Positions 27,201 through 42,200 of a DNA stretch of 64,000 nt are shown piece after piece. The DNA comes from Tubiluchus corallicola (Eukaryota > Animalia > Priapulida). Both the position numbers and the translations under genes were made by a program. Location of the stretch: NCBI GenBank assembly GCA_030141605.1, contig JAQGDQ010000031.1, forward strand, positions 930,001-994,000. Direction: 5' to 3'. Numbering within the stretch: the first letter of the stretch is position 1; each line of letters begins with the position of its first letter. Below the pieces are notes generated by a model. That model was not told where the DNA came from. It saw only the letters and a program-made list of their open reading frames with translations, and searched no databases.

Positions 27201-30200
27201 CGCTCATTTTATTGTAATTTTATTGTAATTGTGTTTGACTTGTCATATATTTGCTGCGGTGAAGAGTATGTGGTTTTTCTTGTATGGTTTGTTCTATCAA
27301 ATTGACATCTGCCCAATAATCTTTTTAAAGCTTTCATGAAAATTAATGCATTTAATTGTAGCTGATATGAGGAAATAGTTTGCCTTTTTCGTACGCACAT
27401 CTAAAGTCTGATAGAATATAGTATGAAGTATGAACCTTTTTAAACAATATAATCTGTAATAGGTGTTATTATTAGATACATGCTAATTTTCTATTTTGAT
27501 CATTTTGATTATTTATGGATATTAATGGAGAGTCAGTATCAAAGCAAATTGCATTGCGTTTATTGACTGGTTATTTTTCTTTGCAAAGAAATCAGCAAAT
27601 TTCTGGTCTTTGCGCGGAGAACAGACATCCGTCGCATTTCTTTTGACACTGATGATCGGTTGGATATAGTAATACCTCTAGAGGGCATCCGAAGTGCTGT
27701 TGCACTCGACTGGGATGAAGATGGTCACATATATTGGACAGATGTTACTACCGACCGCATAAGTCGAGCTCACTGGAATGGATCCAATCAGGAGGTAATA
27801 TTAGACAAAAGCATTTGTAAAGAACAATTCTTACATTGCGTGAAGGTGTGTATCACTTACATTCATAGGTGTGACTTAAAGAAAACTAAGATTTCTTTAC
27901 TAGTTTCTTTTCAGCTTGTCATTGTTAAAAAAGTGCCAATGAAGACTGAATTTCTGTTCTAACTCCATGATTATTTCTGGCTATTTTTAGGTAGTTATCG
28001 ATGCTGGTGTAGAATCCCCTGCTGGGCTAGCTCTGGATTGGGTGGGTCGTAAGCTGTATTGGACAGATTCGGGACTGGATCAGATTGAAGTAGCCAATCT
28101 TGACGGGAGTATGCGGAGTGTGCTTATTTGGGAAAAACTGGATCGACCACGGGACATTATTGTAGATCCTATAGGCGGGTGAGTCATGCCTTGTAGTTTA
28201 GTAGTTAATTTCCTTGAAAAATGTGAAGCTGTTTAGCATCATGAAACCATCCAGCACCTTGAAGTCATCCAACACCTTGAAGTCATCCAGCACCTTGAAA
28301 CCATCCAGCACCTCGAAGTCATCCAGCACCTTGCAGTCATCCAGCACCTTGAAACCATCCAGCACCTCGAAGTCATCCAGCACCTTGAAACCATCCAGCA
28401 CCTCGAAGTCATCCAGCACCTTGAAGTCATCCAGCACATTGAAGTCATCCAGCACCTTGAAACCATCCAGCACCTCGAAGTCATCCAGCACCTTGAAGTC
28501 ATCCAGCACCTTGAAACCATCCAGCACCTTGAAGTCATCCAGCACCTTGAAGTCATCCAGCACCTCGAAACCATCCAGCACCTCGAAGTCATCCAGCACC
28601 TCGAAGTCATCCAGCACCTTGAAGTCATCCAGCACCTCGAAACCATCCAGCACCTCGAAGTCATCCAGCACCACCTTGAAACCATCCAGCACCTTGAAGT
28701 CATCCAGCACCTTGAAGTCATCCAGCACCTTGAAACCATCCAGCACCTCGAAGTCATCCAGCACCTCGAAGTCATCCAGCACCTTGAAACCATCCAACAC
28801 CTCGAAGTCATCCAGTACCTCGAAGTCATCCAGCACCTTGAAACCATCCAGCACCTTGAAACCATCCAGCACCTCGAAGTCATCCAGCACCTCGAAGTCA
28901 TCCAGCACCTTGAAACCATCCAGCACCTTGAAGTCATCCAGCACCTTGAAACCATCCAGCACCTCGAAGTCATCCAGCACCTTGAAGTCATCCAGCACCT
29001 TGAAACCATCCAACACCTCGAAGTCATCCAGCACCTTGAAGTCATCCAGCACCTTGAAGCCACACAGCACTTTGAAGCCATTCAGCACCATGAGGATTCC
29101 ATTATAATTATATGGCATTTTTATTTATTTCTAATGTTTTATCTAAGGAAAACGGATTTAATTAAGATTATGTTTAATTAACCTACACCATGCACTTGAG
29201 GATAAGAAAAACAAGTCAAATTATTAACAGTGGCAACTATGAAACTACTTTAGATAAATTACAAAGTGAAGTATAATTAAAACTTTAAATGCGGTGCCAC
29301 AAAGTTGCAACTCTGCCCTTTACCACTGTTTTCACTTAAACCATTTGTTTTTGTTGCCATGTAGTCTGAATGTGTTTTACTTCCATTCTGATAGAGTCCA
29401 CAAGCATTGGGGCAAATTCATTGTAGTTGCTTCACAGTAATATTCATTCACACAGGTTTCTCTTTTGGACTGATTGGGGTCTACACTCCAAGATTGAAAG
29501 AGCCGGCATGGACGGAAGTAACCGTGTTGTTATTGTCAGTACTAATCTTACCTGGCCAAATGGGTTGGCCATTGATTCGGAGAGGGCACTGCTGTATTGG
29601 GCTGACGCTGGAATGAAGACAATAGAATACTCAAAGCTAGATGGAAAAGATAGGAAAGTAAGTATGGAAACTATGAGTATAGAAACTATATAGAAACTAA
29701 TACAGAAAACTAGATAAAAAAGATAGGAAAATAAGTGTGGAAATTGTTTAGATGTTTATTTATTTTTGCCAACACGCAGTTATATCCAAATTAATGGCAT
29801 ACAGTCGTAATAATAACTAATAATACTAACTATCGTCATGATGAACATTAACATTTTGTGGTTATCTAGAAGTAATACAAGTGATATAGATTATTATAAG
29901 GACACCCAGAGTGCACTAGTCTTGAAAAAAAATCTTGTGTATGTGCAGAGAGCTTCCAGGAAATATTACTTATCAGCTTGCTCTGTTAACAAAAATTTAA
30001 TTAAAAAAAAGAGTAGAATGAATAGGATGATGATATATGTATGAAATGTCTTAACCAGAAGAGGCATCATGGCCACATCTTCTTCCTACAAGGTAGACTC
30101 TCACAGGTAATATAACAAAAAAATTAAACAATCTAAAGCGAGTATTAAACCCAAATGATCAGGATCAGAGGCATGAGTTTTCTCAGCTACCAATTCCTCC

Positions 30201-33200
30201 AAGACAAATTTTGTTTAGGCTTTGCAATTTGTCTTCAAATTAATCTCTTTTTTATCATGCAGACAGCAACCAAATTTGGTTATCATATATTTTTTCCAGT
30301 TTTGTTTGAGATTAAAAATGTGCAAGAGAACAAGAGAGCTATAGTGTCTTGAAATTTGTCAAAGTGGCATTTATCTTTTTGTAACTGTTTCAAATTGTCA
30401 TTTTTAACACCTTGTGTTATTCATACAGGTTTTAATAGGAGTCGATCTTCAGCATCCATTCGGGCTAACTTTACATGACAACTACATCTACTGGACAGAT
30501 TGGCAAACAAAAAGTGTGCAAATGGCGGACAAGCTGAAGGGGAGCCATCGCTCGACTGTTGTCAATGGTCTAGATAATCTCATGGATATTCACATGTTTC
30601 ATCGTTCTAGGCAAACACGTAAGCAATTTCTTTCTTAAGAAAGCTCATTCCTGTTTAAGAAAAGTTTATTCCTTTTTAAAAAGCATTAGTTAAATTGTCT
30701 TAATAATATTGTAATTTAAGATTCATTCTTGTTATAATAAACTAAACTTTATTATGCCTAATTTGAAGTAGGGCGAATACTTATAATTCTTATTTAAACA
30801 AATATATTAATCTAAGGACATGTTCGCAATTTACATAGTTACAGTAATTGAAATCAGTCTTTTGCGTGATGCGAACAAGTTGTTAAGAATTCTTATTTTA
30901 AAATGTATTCATCTACAGGGTCCCTTTTATTTTGGCAATGCTATTTCTCGTTGGCATTATTAATAATTTACTCTGTAAAATGTGGCATTAATGCTGTTCT
31001 TCTCTTCTAGCAGTCGTGAGCTAAACTGTTCAAACTGTATGGCATATTTTGATGTGTAAATGTAAACTTTTACAGTTATTTCTGTTAGTCGTTGTGTGCA
31101 TAATTACTTCACTTACATTGCCACCACGTTTGACTAGATTTGAACATACTGGTACTCTATGAAAATTAATTGTTGAGCAAGGCTGCTTTACATTTCTATA
31201 ATAGAGCAGAGTATATTTAATTCACGGTAATATGAGCATGGAATAAACTTCTATGCCAAAGTTGTATAGCTTGAGTTATACAAGGTAATTATTGTTTGCT
31301 GATTATGCAGAAACATGTAATTAAACCACTTGTTTGTAGAAGAAGATTTTAAGCTTATAAGGAGGAATGTGATGTTGCATTAAACTGCTACTGTCTTATG
31401 TTTGGGCATTCAGTTAGTCAATTTTGGTGGTGAGCATTTTTTTCCCTTCCACACTGGGGCTATTAATCATTATGAGCATATGAAAGGAAATTCACTAGGC
31501 TGATGACTTTGATGTAAAAGATACCTGGAAGACATATGTGTGAAGACAGTCATAGCGAAGTAAGGTAATAATGGTGCTGAGTTTCTACATTTGTAATTTG
31601 CAGTTCCAATGTTATGCAAAGTTCACAATGGTGGATGCAGTCATTTGTGTCTATTGGCTCCTAAGGGGCAGTCTTGCGCTTGTCCTACTGGCATTAACCT
31701 GCTACCTGATAGACGGACTTGTGCAAAAGGTATGTCATTTTACTAGGTGAATAGTTCTTAACCTTAGAGATCAATAGGAATATCAGCCATGAACAACAGT
31801 AAGGGTAATTCTTTGACTAAATGGTGGTAACTGAATTATAGCATTTTGTATAGAGCTTTGGATGAAAATTAAGACTATTATGAATATTTGTATTAATAAA
31901 AACGCCTTTGTATCTTTTTTATCTACTGAATTTAGGTTAACTTTTTCTGCTTTTTCGCAATTTGTAGTGTTTAAATAACGTAATTAAACTGCTTTACTAT
32001 ACACATTCAATTAGTTAATGTACGTTAATGGATGTCAACTGCTTTTAACCAGAAAGTGAGTTGTTTGATTTTAGCCGTGTAGTGGACAGTTGGCAAGGCA
32101 AGTACAGTTTATGCCACAGGTTTCAGGTTCAAATCCCAAGTTAGCTTACAATTTTTAGCATCGTCTTTGTTTAACAAAGCACCTGTTCCTTGGTGAGCCT
32201 TTGTTATTTTTTAGCTTTCTGAAATTAGCATCATTAACATATTGATTCAAAATACTTGTAAGGAGGTTATAGATTCATAAGTCTGTAACTGTTAAAAGCT
32301 GTAATACTGAAAATGTTCATATCTACTTGTGGTTGAACTGTAAAAAAAAATTAATGAAATCAGTGAAGCCATGGTTAAATGTGTTATTGTGTTGCAGGCA
32401 TGAACAATTTCTTAATATTTGCACGTGGCAAGGACATTCGTAAGATCTCGCTCGACGTTCCTTACTTTGCCGACGTTGTCCTGCCGATTCGTGGCCTGGA
32501 GGCAGCTATTGCGGTAGACGTAGATCGTGTAGACCGGAAGGTGTACTGGTCTGATAGCAGGTTGGACGTCATACAGAGAGCCAATCTTGACGGATCTAAT
32601 ATTGAAGATGTCATAGTTAAAGGATTGAATACTACAGATGGAATTGCTGTAGATTCCACAGGTATCGTTCGAACAGCAGTGGTTGTGGTGTGACTGCAAT
32701 AATTTGTTAGGGTTGTATGAAATGTTTGGATTACTAGCATGGGGTATGGTATCTTCGACATGTTAAATACTTTAAGAGCTGTGATGTTATTTTTCACAAG
32801 GTTGCATAATGCATGGGAGGACTTGAAACAATTTCTTCTAGATACTGGTTGCTATAGCAACATGTTGCAGGCAAAATAGCTTCACTTAAAGTTTGTATCC
32901 GCACAGATAGATCTTGCTTTAACACGTGTCTGGCATTTATTAAAAGTATATTAACTGTACTGTGTTCTTGGAACAGAATAATGTGATCGGTATGATTTCA
33001 AATTAGGTGAAAATGTTGATAAAATAAAAAATGGCATTGAACAAAGTAAAAAAATCAGTGTTAAGATGAAACATGCATCGTTAAGTGAGAAAAGGTATTA
33101 AATGTTCAGCGTCGTTAAAAGCAAACATCACTAAATGGGGAGTCGTTTGTGTGGACTTACTGTACTGCCAAAACAGCTCAGCCAATAAAATTTTAAGTCT

Positions 33201-36200
33201 TAAAAAAGAAAATTTCGCTACTTTTAAAACTGAGCAGTTGGTTACTTATTAGTTGCGAACTAAATGATTATAAACTGCAGAAGGAAAAATGGCAAATCTT
33301 GACCAAGCAAATGCTCAGTTATTCACATGGATTGATTAACCAAAAAATCGGATCCAATAAACGAGAATTTGACAAGAATTACATTAATTGCCTTGTTCTA
33401 AAAAATTGTGACACTTCTTTTTGAAGATCGTTTTTATGTGAGCCTTTGATGTAGAAATTTAACCTTGAAGTGTCACTGCTAACTGTGATTTAGGCAGCTT
33501 GCAGAAATATCTTGCTAGTTCTTAAAATATTTAATGTGAGTTTGAAAAATTTTCTCACTTTCCTGTATTTAGTTTAAAACGTTAGTTAAATTTTGTTTGG
33601 ATTACAATTAGTTAAATTATGCATGTTGTAGCAGTACCACTTTGACTTGGCTTTCTTGTTTTATTACTGCAAATGGTGGATATGTTTTGTCTGTAATCAT
33701 ACAGGCGCATGCCCACTTTAGGTGTTGCTGCATGGAAATTTAGTTTGCTTGGACAGAGTTATAAGGAACATTTATTGAACGCACATTTATCAGTTGCGTC
33801 AACTTTTTCCCCTGGTACCTTTGTTTTTGTTTTCTCCTGAAGGGCCATAACGTTATTTTGTCCATCCTGATTTTTCCCAGTCATTTTGCAATGACATGCC
33901 ACTTGTTTTTCTTGCTTCAGGCAGGAAAATATACTGGACCGACACGGGAAACAGCAGAATTGAAGTGGCAAATCTGGATGGTTCCCATCGCAAGGTGCTC
34001 ATTTGGGAAGACCTGGATAGTCCACGCGCCATCACGTTGCTTTATAATGCTGGGTATGGTTTGCTTCATTCATTTCTTCATATTCATTTCCAAGTTTAAA
34101 ATTAATGTAACGCATGGAAATCAAGGACAATTTATTTACATTATATTTTATGTTTGAATATTTATTCATTTATTTAGCATTATATCATTTCCGCCTTACA
34201 TAGATTGCTGGATGATAAGCTATTTTCTATTACATATTGTGGTTTGGTTTTTGTCATAGCAACACATCATGGTTTTCGTTTAATATATTGTCATAGTATG
34301 GATATAAGAAGCCATCTTATACATTAACACTCGATTCAAATAATGGTTTCAATTACAAAAATAAAAAAATGGCTAGTAAAAAATAACTATATTGTAATTA
34401 TGCTTATTGTGAATTACGAGAATGCTTATTATGACACTGACACTCAGATGATGATGATGATGATGATGTGATGACATTGGTTGTTGATGATGATCTAAAT
34501 GATTAACACAGAAAAGATGATGATGATGTTGACGATGATTATGGTGATTATTGTGATATTTTTGTTGATGATGTTGATTTTGTCTCAAAATCGATGATCA
34601 AATCTGATGAGAATTTCCAAGTGACTTGCCTTCAGGAGTCAGAAGTGGAAAAGGTCAACAAAAATGTATATTTTTGTTTTGGCTTTAAGACTATTTATAA
34701 TGGGATTGCTTTTTAAGGATACTGTTTAATGCTCTCCTATTTTAAAACTTGGCATTTTTTAATTTTTGTATTTAAACAGGTTTAGTAGAAGTTAAATATG
34801 GAACTCAATGTGACGTGTAACCTGTTGGAATTTATTGATTATTACTTTTGGAAGACTTTTCATGCAGATTCACTCTTAACTACAAGAATAGTGATACTAA
34901 ATACAAAAAACTCACTGTTAGAAAACAAGGGAAAAGAAAAAGTTGCCACTGTGTTAATATTTTAAACAAAAAACTGAACAAAATAGTTTACTAGTTTTAT
35001 TATTATTATTATTATTATTACTTTCAGTACAATAGTTACATTGAATGCAATGTGACAAACTGTCATTATTGTTACATCATGCTGTAGTATATGTATTATG
35101 TTTCATTCACTATCGTTACCTTAAACAATATTTGCACTGCAGTGGTCTAGAGAAGCAAAGGCTTGTATAAGCTCATTGACATGTGAACAAAAAAAACTAC
35201 TAGACTTTTTTGAGTTTTTTGTATATCTAGTAATTGTCAGAGATTTTTCCATTTTTAGTCTTTTTTGTTCCCCGAAGAGGTAGATAGGTACTTTGAAATA
35301 TTGTGCCCTTTCTTTCTTTCTCCTTGCTTTTTAATTGTAAGATTTTTTCTTTTTTAACTTTTTTTCATCACCTGAGGAACTACATTGGTAGTTTGAGACG
35401 TTGTGCTCTTTCTTTCTTTTTTAAGTTCAGGATTTTTTATTCAATGACACGTCGTTGAACTTGAGTTTCAAGTGATACTGTCTCCTAATGATTCAGTTTT
35501 TTCAGTTATGTTATTTGCTGTACTTTCAGTTACATGTATTGGACTGATTGGGGATTTAATCCAAGAATAGAGAGGTCTGACATGGACGGAGAGAATAGAG
35601 TTGTTGTCGTCAGCGAAAATTTGGGCTGGCCAAATGGAATTACAATCGACCGCCCAGGCGCTCGTCTGATTTGGGCTGATGCAAAGACCAAGGTTGGAGA
35701 GTTCATTCAGTAACTCATTTTCAAAACTTTGCGATAAGATTAGTAATTTGTATGATTTGTTCAGATTTCGCATCTTGCGTGGTCGATATTAACAGCTTTG
35801 CTCTTAAAAATACTACTTTAAATTGCTTTTCTTAGTGAATATAATCCTTAATTTCATTCTCACATTTTATTATGTTCCATTTTATTACATCATCTATTAT
35901 TACGTCCTTCGTTGTGTAACTTGTTTTTAAAACTTGCCTTTGCACCTTCCCTTTCCTTCTTATCTTGTTAGCTATTGATGTAACCACTTTTTCTTTTTGT
36001 AATAAACGCATCGTCATCTAGGTGTTGCTATGTTGTAAAACATGACACATCCCATCTGTTGATGTCATGCATTTCTGTCTACTGCCACCACCCGCAATGC
36101 ATCATCCCTTAAATCTATAGTTGTATTTGCTAAATCTTTTTGCAGTACATCTATACATGTTAGTAACTGACCCCTTCTCCACTTTTTGTCATTTCAAGAG

Positions 36201-39200
36201 TTGTTTCCCGTTTCTATTCTATGTACTGCCAAACTTTTTGTGATCTGAAATTTATTAATGGAAAATGTGTGTTCAAATTACGATTAAAATCTGTTTTTGT
36301 TATTTTTGGATTTTTAACAATGATTTCAAATGTTGATTGTTACTTAAACTTAGGTTATTGAGTGTTCCAGTCTGGATGGAAGTAACCGTCGTACTCTCAT
36401 TTCGGATGCACCACACCCGTATGGTCTGACGGTCAGCGGCAGCTACATTTACTGGACAGACTGGTATTTGCGTAACATTAAGCGTGCCAATAAGAATACT
36501 GGCAACGGTGCTGAAGTTATACGAAATAACTTGTCTGGTCTCATGGATATACATGCCGTACAGCTATCTAATATTGGTATTTATGTGGTTTTAATATTCT
36601 GTTGTGTTTATTGCTATGCTTTGCTGTGGTTAAAACTGCCACCTTTTATCTAAAGCCCACCTGATACAAAACTTGGGTTGTCCAAGATATACTTTGTTAC
36701 CGCGTGCAAAATGCCTTTGTAAAGAGGTCTATTTGGCCGTGATGCCGATCTCATTCTCTTTTTATGTAGCAAGATTTTAGCTGTTTTTATATCCAGACGT
36801 CGCAATAGAGTTACTCCGTATTCAAACTTTTTTTGCAAAATGACCCGATGTACGGCAGTGGTACATGGTATTCTAAATGACGTATTTAGGCAATTGGGCA
36901 GAAAAAATTAAACAAGCGAGTAACCCGTTACTTCGAATTTAGGGCTAGTTTTATTTAATACCTCGAATTGCTAATTGTTCGTATTCTTTTTTTAGGCGTG
37001 AATAAATGCGGCATAAACAATGGTGGTTGCAGTCATTTGTGTTTACCAAATCCTCGGGGTACAAGCTGTGCGTGTCCAACCGGAACACTTCTAAAACCAG
37101 ATGGAAGAACCTGCTATGACAGTAAGCACAGTATTTACCATGTGTGTGTGTGTGTATATGAATATATTTATGGAATATACACTGGTAATAACTAATCTTG
37201 TATGGATAAGTTTTTATCCATTTATGATATATTAATTTGCAGTCTACATATCTAAATTTGTCTGTAGAGAAATTTTTTATATGCTTTTTAAATGGCTAAA
37301 AAGTCATGTTATTTTAAGGGGATACTCTTTTTTAAAATTTGATCATTTACAGACTTAAATATATACAAAGTAAATTACACATTTTTATTTCTACGCCTTT
37401 TATTTTTCAATTTTTATTTCAATTCAGTACACATATTACTATATTACATATATTCGCAACACACAACTATTTTACCTTTGTGTGCTTGCAAACCAAAACT
37501 GTCCATAAGTCGGCATTGTTAAAACTACGTTATGATGATTCAAGGTAGGAAGCCCCAAAAATTTGGTCAAATGTCGATATTCTATTTTTTATGAAAACAA
37601 ATACTAAATATATTGGACTTTTTTTTCTAGCGTCAAATTATCAGGAAAATGCCCAAAAAATACCAAAAATCTAATTTTATAACTCCTAACCCACTTTTCT
37701 GTCTATAAACTAGCACTGCAATTGTAAGAAAACTCGTATTTTTTAACTCCTATTGTAGCTCGTGGAAGCAGCCATTTTGCTTCGGGTTTTTTCTGTTGAC
37801 AGGACCAGATTTTCATCAGGAAGAGTCATCCACTGGATTTAAACGTAAATTCAATTTGTACTTGCAAGATCCGTAGCAACCACACTTTCGTAAGGTTACT
37901 AAGTGTTTTGTAGACAAAAAACAATGGCTGAATTTAGCAACGTTTTTTTCCCAATATTACATTTTTCTGGGCATAGCCTGTACCGCAACTTCAATGTGGA
38001 TTATCTTAGCTTAGAAATAACATAGAGAGATGAGCTTGGTATTAAAATGATCCTCATGAAATGGAGATTCAGGATATGTGACTAACTAGAAAAGCTTAAT
38101 TGCTGGCTTATGGACAATTTTGCTATGCAAGCACACATTTATATTTTCGTATATTTGCCTACTATTTCTTCTTTTATGATAATTCTTTTATCATCAGTTC
38201 AGTGTGAATATACTTGCTTAAAACTGTGTGAATAATTGTAAAGCGATGTCTGGTGGTGACTGGTTTGAACAATATAACTGTATAGTGCAGTTCATCTTTT
38301 ATAGTTCTGAGTTCACCATCTTGCCTTCAGTTAGTGCACCATCTACCTTTGTAAGCATAACTGTAGTATTAAAAGTTATGTACTGTTATTATTTTAGACC
38401 CTCGCACGTTTCTTCTGTTTGCAACGAGGTCCAACATCTGCCGCATCTCACTTGACACGAGAGAGAACGTAGACGTTTACATTCCTATTCCCGACTTGCA
38501 TAACGTCATTGCACTCAGCTATGACAGCGTTGAAAAGAAGTTGTATTATACTGATGTCTATTTGGATGTCATTAGGTATATTGCACAATGTTGTATAATT
38601 TCTTTTTGACAATTTACTGATACTAAACACAAAAGTTACAAAAAATTAGCTAACTAACATTAACTAATTGCTAAAATTGGTTTTCGAGCATTAGCTCCAT
38701 TGTGTCCTCATGCATATTTCATAATGCTGTATGTACAAAAAACACTAAGAATGTTACTATTACCATGTACACCGAAGAGAAAAACAGTACTACTCTTTTC
38801 CTGAATAAGTTATGTAAATGAATTTTTCATAATTTCGATGAATGTTTTAGGAGAATTGATTATAATGGATCTAATATGGAGACAGTTGTTAGCAGTGGAC
38901 TAAAGACAGCCGATGGTTTAGCTGTTGACTGGATTGCTCGCAACTTATACTGGACTGACACTGGTAACATCTCGATGTGGTTTTACTGCATGTTTATATT
39001 TCTGTTTATTGTTTACACTTTCTTGGTTTACATAACAGCCAGTTCATATAAACAACGTAGTACAAAGAACAGTGATTCGTAGTTGTTAGAAGTCATCGTT
39101 TGTTTGAGTTATTGCACAGTATTGTTTGAGAATGTCATCAGTCATCAGTTAAAAACATAGTCATCTGTTTTGTTTGAAAATTTCAGGTCGCAATGTGATC

Positions 39201-42200
39201 GAAGTCTCCCGTCTTGATGGTTCGTCTCGGAAGATTATCATCAAACAACACATAGATGAACCAAGAGCAATTGCAACATTTCCAAAGAGAGGGTATTTTG
39301 CTGCTTTTCCTTCCTAGTAGAAGGGCTGCCAACACTCAAGGACAACATCTGTCTGTTAATGCAAAATGACTGTAGAGGGACTGGAACCTATCTGGATTGT
39401 CAAGAATAATCCCCTGAAATGAGATGCTGGACCTACAAAATTTTTAAAGATATGTCCTCTTTCAGAGAAAGGAATAACTGGAAAAATACCTAGCACAGTG
39501 TAGCAGACAAAATTAATCAGAAACTGTTTTTCGTGCAGTCACTTGTCGATTTATTAAGGATGCTCAGTGTTGCTTAACTGTTGTAGTCAAGCTCAGTGTG
39601 TGCCTGATGTTGCCTTATTTGCCTGATAACTGTGATTCTCTGCCTGCATGAGTTTCCATTATGTAGATTTTGTTTGTCATTTTATCTTTGGATACGTTAA
39701 ATGATGTTGCAGTTGCAGCTTTAAAATTTCTTAATTTAATGTTGATAATAGCTTACAAACTATCCTGGCTTCAAAAAGTTTGCAATCATCAGTCATTTAA
39801 TAAGACATTAAGAAATAAAGTTAGCCCTAGATAAACAAGTTCATGTTCAGTTGTTCACGTTGCTTTCCTTTCCAACCTGTTATGAACATTTTTACAGATA
39901 TCTGTTTTGGTCTGATTGGGGTACACGTCCTCGTATAGAGCGGTCAGGCTTGGATGGTTCTGGCCGTCGTGCTTTAGTGACCACTGAACTCGGATGGCCG
40001 AATGGGATTACCATAGATTATAGCAGTGAAAGGTAATGCTGAGTATCTAGTTAATGCTACATTTCATTGTTGTACATGTCTGTAATACCATAATTGTGTT
40101 TGTACTACTAGTATATTATGCTAAAATGTTTACAACTAAATAAATTTGTATCACTTCAAGTTAGGCCTATAGTAACTGTTCAAGAGCGCAACATATCTGA
40201 ATGAACTATAGACTGTCTTAAATGGTTTCATGCCAAATAAAGATGTTAGCAAGTATAGTAAGTCCTCCATTAATAATGCCCCTCCCCCCTTACCCTTATC
40301 TTGTGTTTTGCGGGAACTCATTAGCCTTAAGGAAAATGTTAAGTGAGGACTTACTATACCAACAATTTGTGGTATAGAGCTGAGCTGATACATTGGCTGC
40401 ATTTCAGATTTTTTGATAGTCAAAATCACGATTCTGAGATATTGAAACCTGGTTTATAGGATTAGTTTATGGGGCTGTCAGTTCATTTGTTTTGCCAAAA
40501 TATGAGGGGCTCAACATTTAAAAAATCATTTTTTAAACTAGCCGTTTCTCATAGGAATCTACGTAACACATAATGCCACACTTTTCTTGTTGGCAAGTTG
40601 CGATAAACAGTCCATTTTTTCGACAGATGCGTGTCATTCTAATGCTACTACAGATTCATTCATTTAGATTTCAAGTTGAACTAAATTATATGAGAGATTA
40701 TTCTGTTTCATATATGGTTGATATATTTATTACTTAGGTTATACTGGGCTGATGCACAGTTTGACAGAATCGAAACCTCTGATCTGAATGGGAAGAACAG
40801 AGTACGACTGATAGATCAAGTATCTCATCCTTTTGGCTTGACACAGGTATAGTTAATTATTCTGGCGCATTTATTTATTGTGATGTAGAAGTAGCCAATT
40901 AATAATAATGACCCATTTCAAAATTGAAAACTCGGTTGAATGGTATGGTAAATATCACTCGTATGTCAAACGGTAAATAAAGTGTATATTCCACATATTG
41001 CTTCAGTATGGAGAATACTTGTATTGGACTGATTGGCAATCAAGGAATATCGAGCGAGTCGACAAGAGAACTGGAAAGAATAGAGTAACAGTGCGTGGAA
41101 ATTTGGAGGGCTTAATGGACATTCACGTTGTGTCGGCTGACTATCAAGACGGTATGGATACAAAATAGCTTATCTCAAATATTGCTTATCTTAGATGAAA
41201 TTATAAAGCGTATTTGCCAAAGGATATGTGAAGAAGTCAGAGTCTGCTTATGTTGACAAACCATATAGTAGTATATGACTTCATTTGCTAAGCTTTATTA
41301 TAATTTTTGAATGGTTGCAAAAATAGAGCAAGACATTTTTGAGAAGCTTTGACCCGCAACTTTGCCGTAGGTTTTAGGTAAATAGCATGGCATTGATTTG
41401 GCAACTGATTTTTGAATTGCAGTGAAGTAATCGACTCAGTCTTTTTCAAATTCCATTCTACTACTATCTTATTAAAACAATAAAATTAATACAGTAATTT
41501 ATTTAACAACAACACTTGAATCATAGCAAAAAATTGTAAACTGTTTGCAAAAAGTGCTTTAAAATTATGTTGTTGCTTTAGGCACAAATGCTTGCGCACA
41601 GAACAATGGAGGGTGCACTCATCTCTGCCTAGCTACGCCACTCGGACATGCCTGCGCTTGTCCTGATGTCGCAGACACTGAACGTCCTTGTTCAACAGGT
41701 CTGTAATTTTTGAAAGAGTTTTGATTTTTGTTTGAGTGTTAATTGAATGATAATTTATACTGAGGTGAACATTTTCAGTTCTGCTGTTTATCCAATATCT
41801 AGTTGAGTGATAATTAAAAGTTGTTTTAACATAGCAGACACTGACAAACGATGTTTCTTTGCTGTGAAGTTGGAGCTGCAATTAAACTCTTTTTATATTG
41901 TTATAAACATACGTCTATAGTATTATTTCAGATGTAAGTCTGTTATGCATACTGTCATTCTACAACTCAGTAACTATCACATATTCCTCTCAGTTTTATA
42001 AATGAGTCACTTGTTTTTTGGTGAGCTTTTGCACTTTGCACTAATTGTAAATGAAGAATTTGCTAATCTTACTCTGTTTAGAAGAAGTAAAATATTTTTA
42101 AAGTAGTGACTACTACCCTTTTTGCAACAGTTATCCTGAAATCTAATCATTTTGTGGAGACCTGATACTTAACTTACCGATACATTGCTTTGGAGAATTC

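Noticed and set aside
28241-29089. Repeat array as a CRISPR-like locus
   Set aside because: Units are contiguous with no unique spacers, there are no cas genes, and the context is a eukaryotic intron.
12949-32140. B-box motifs at 12991, 17230 and 32126 as tRNA genes
   Set aside because: No full cloverleaf or correct A-B box spacing; treated as SINE-like fragments.
32662-33920. Possible U12-type intron (donor GTATCGTT, one mismatch from GTATCCTT), tempting because SNRNP48 is nearby
   Set aside because: The mismatch is at a nearly invariant position, there is no TCCTTAAC branch point near the acceptor, and a normal polypyrimidine tract is present.
34603-34670. CTGATGAG as a hammerhead ribozyme core
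   Set aside because: No stem II followed by GAAA and no flanking helices visible; other CTGATGA hits are coding or lack structure.
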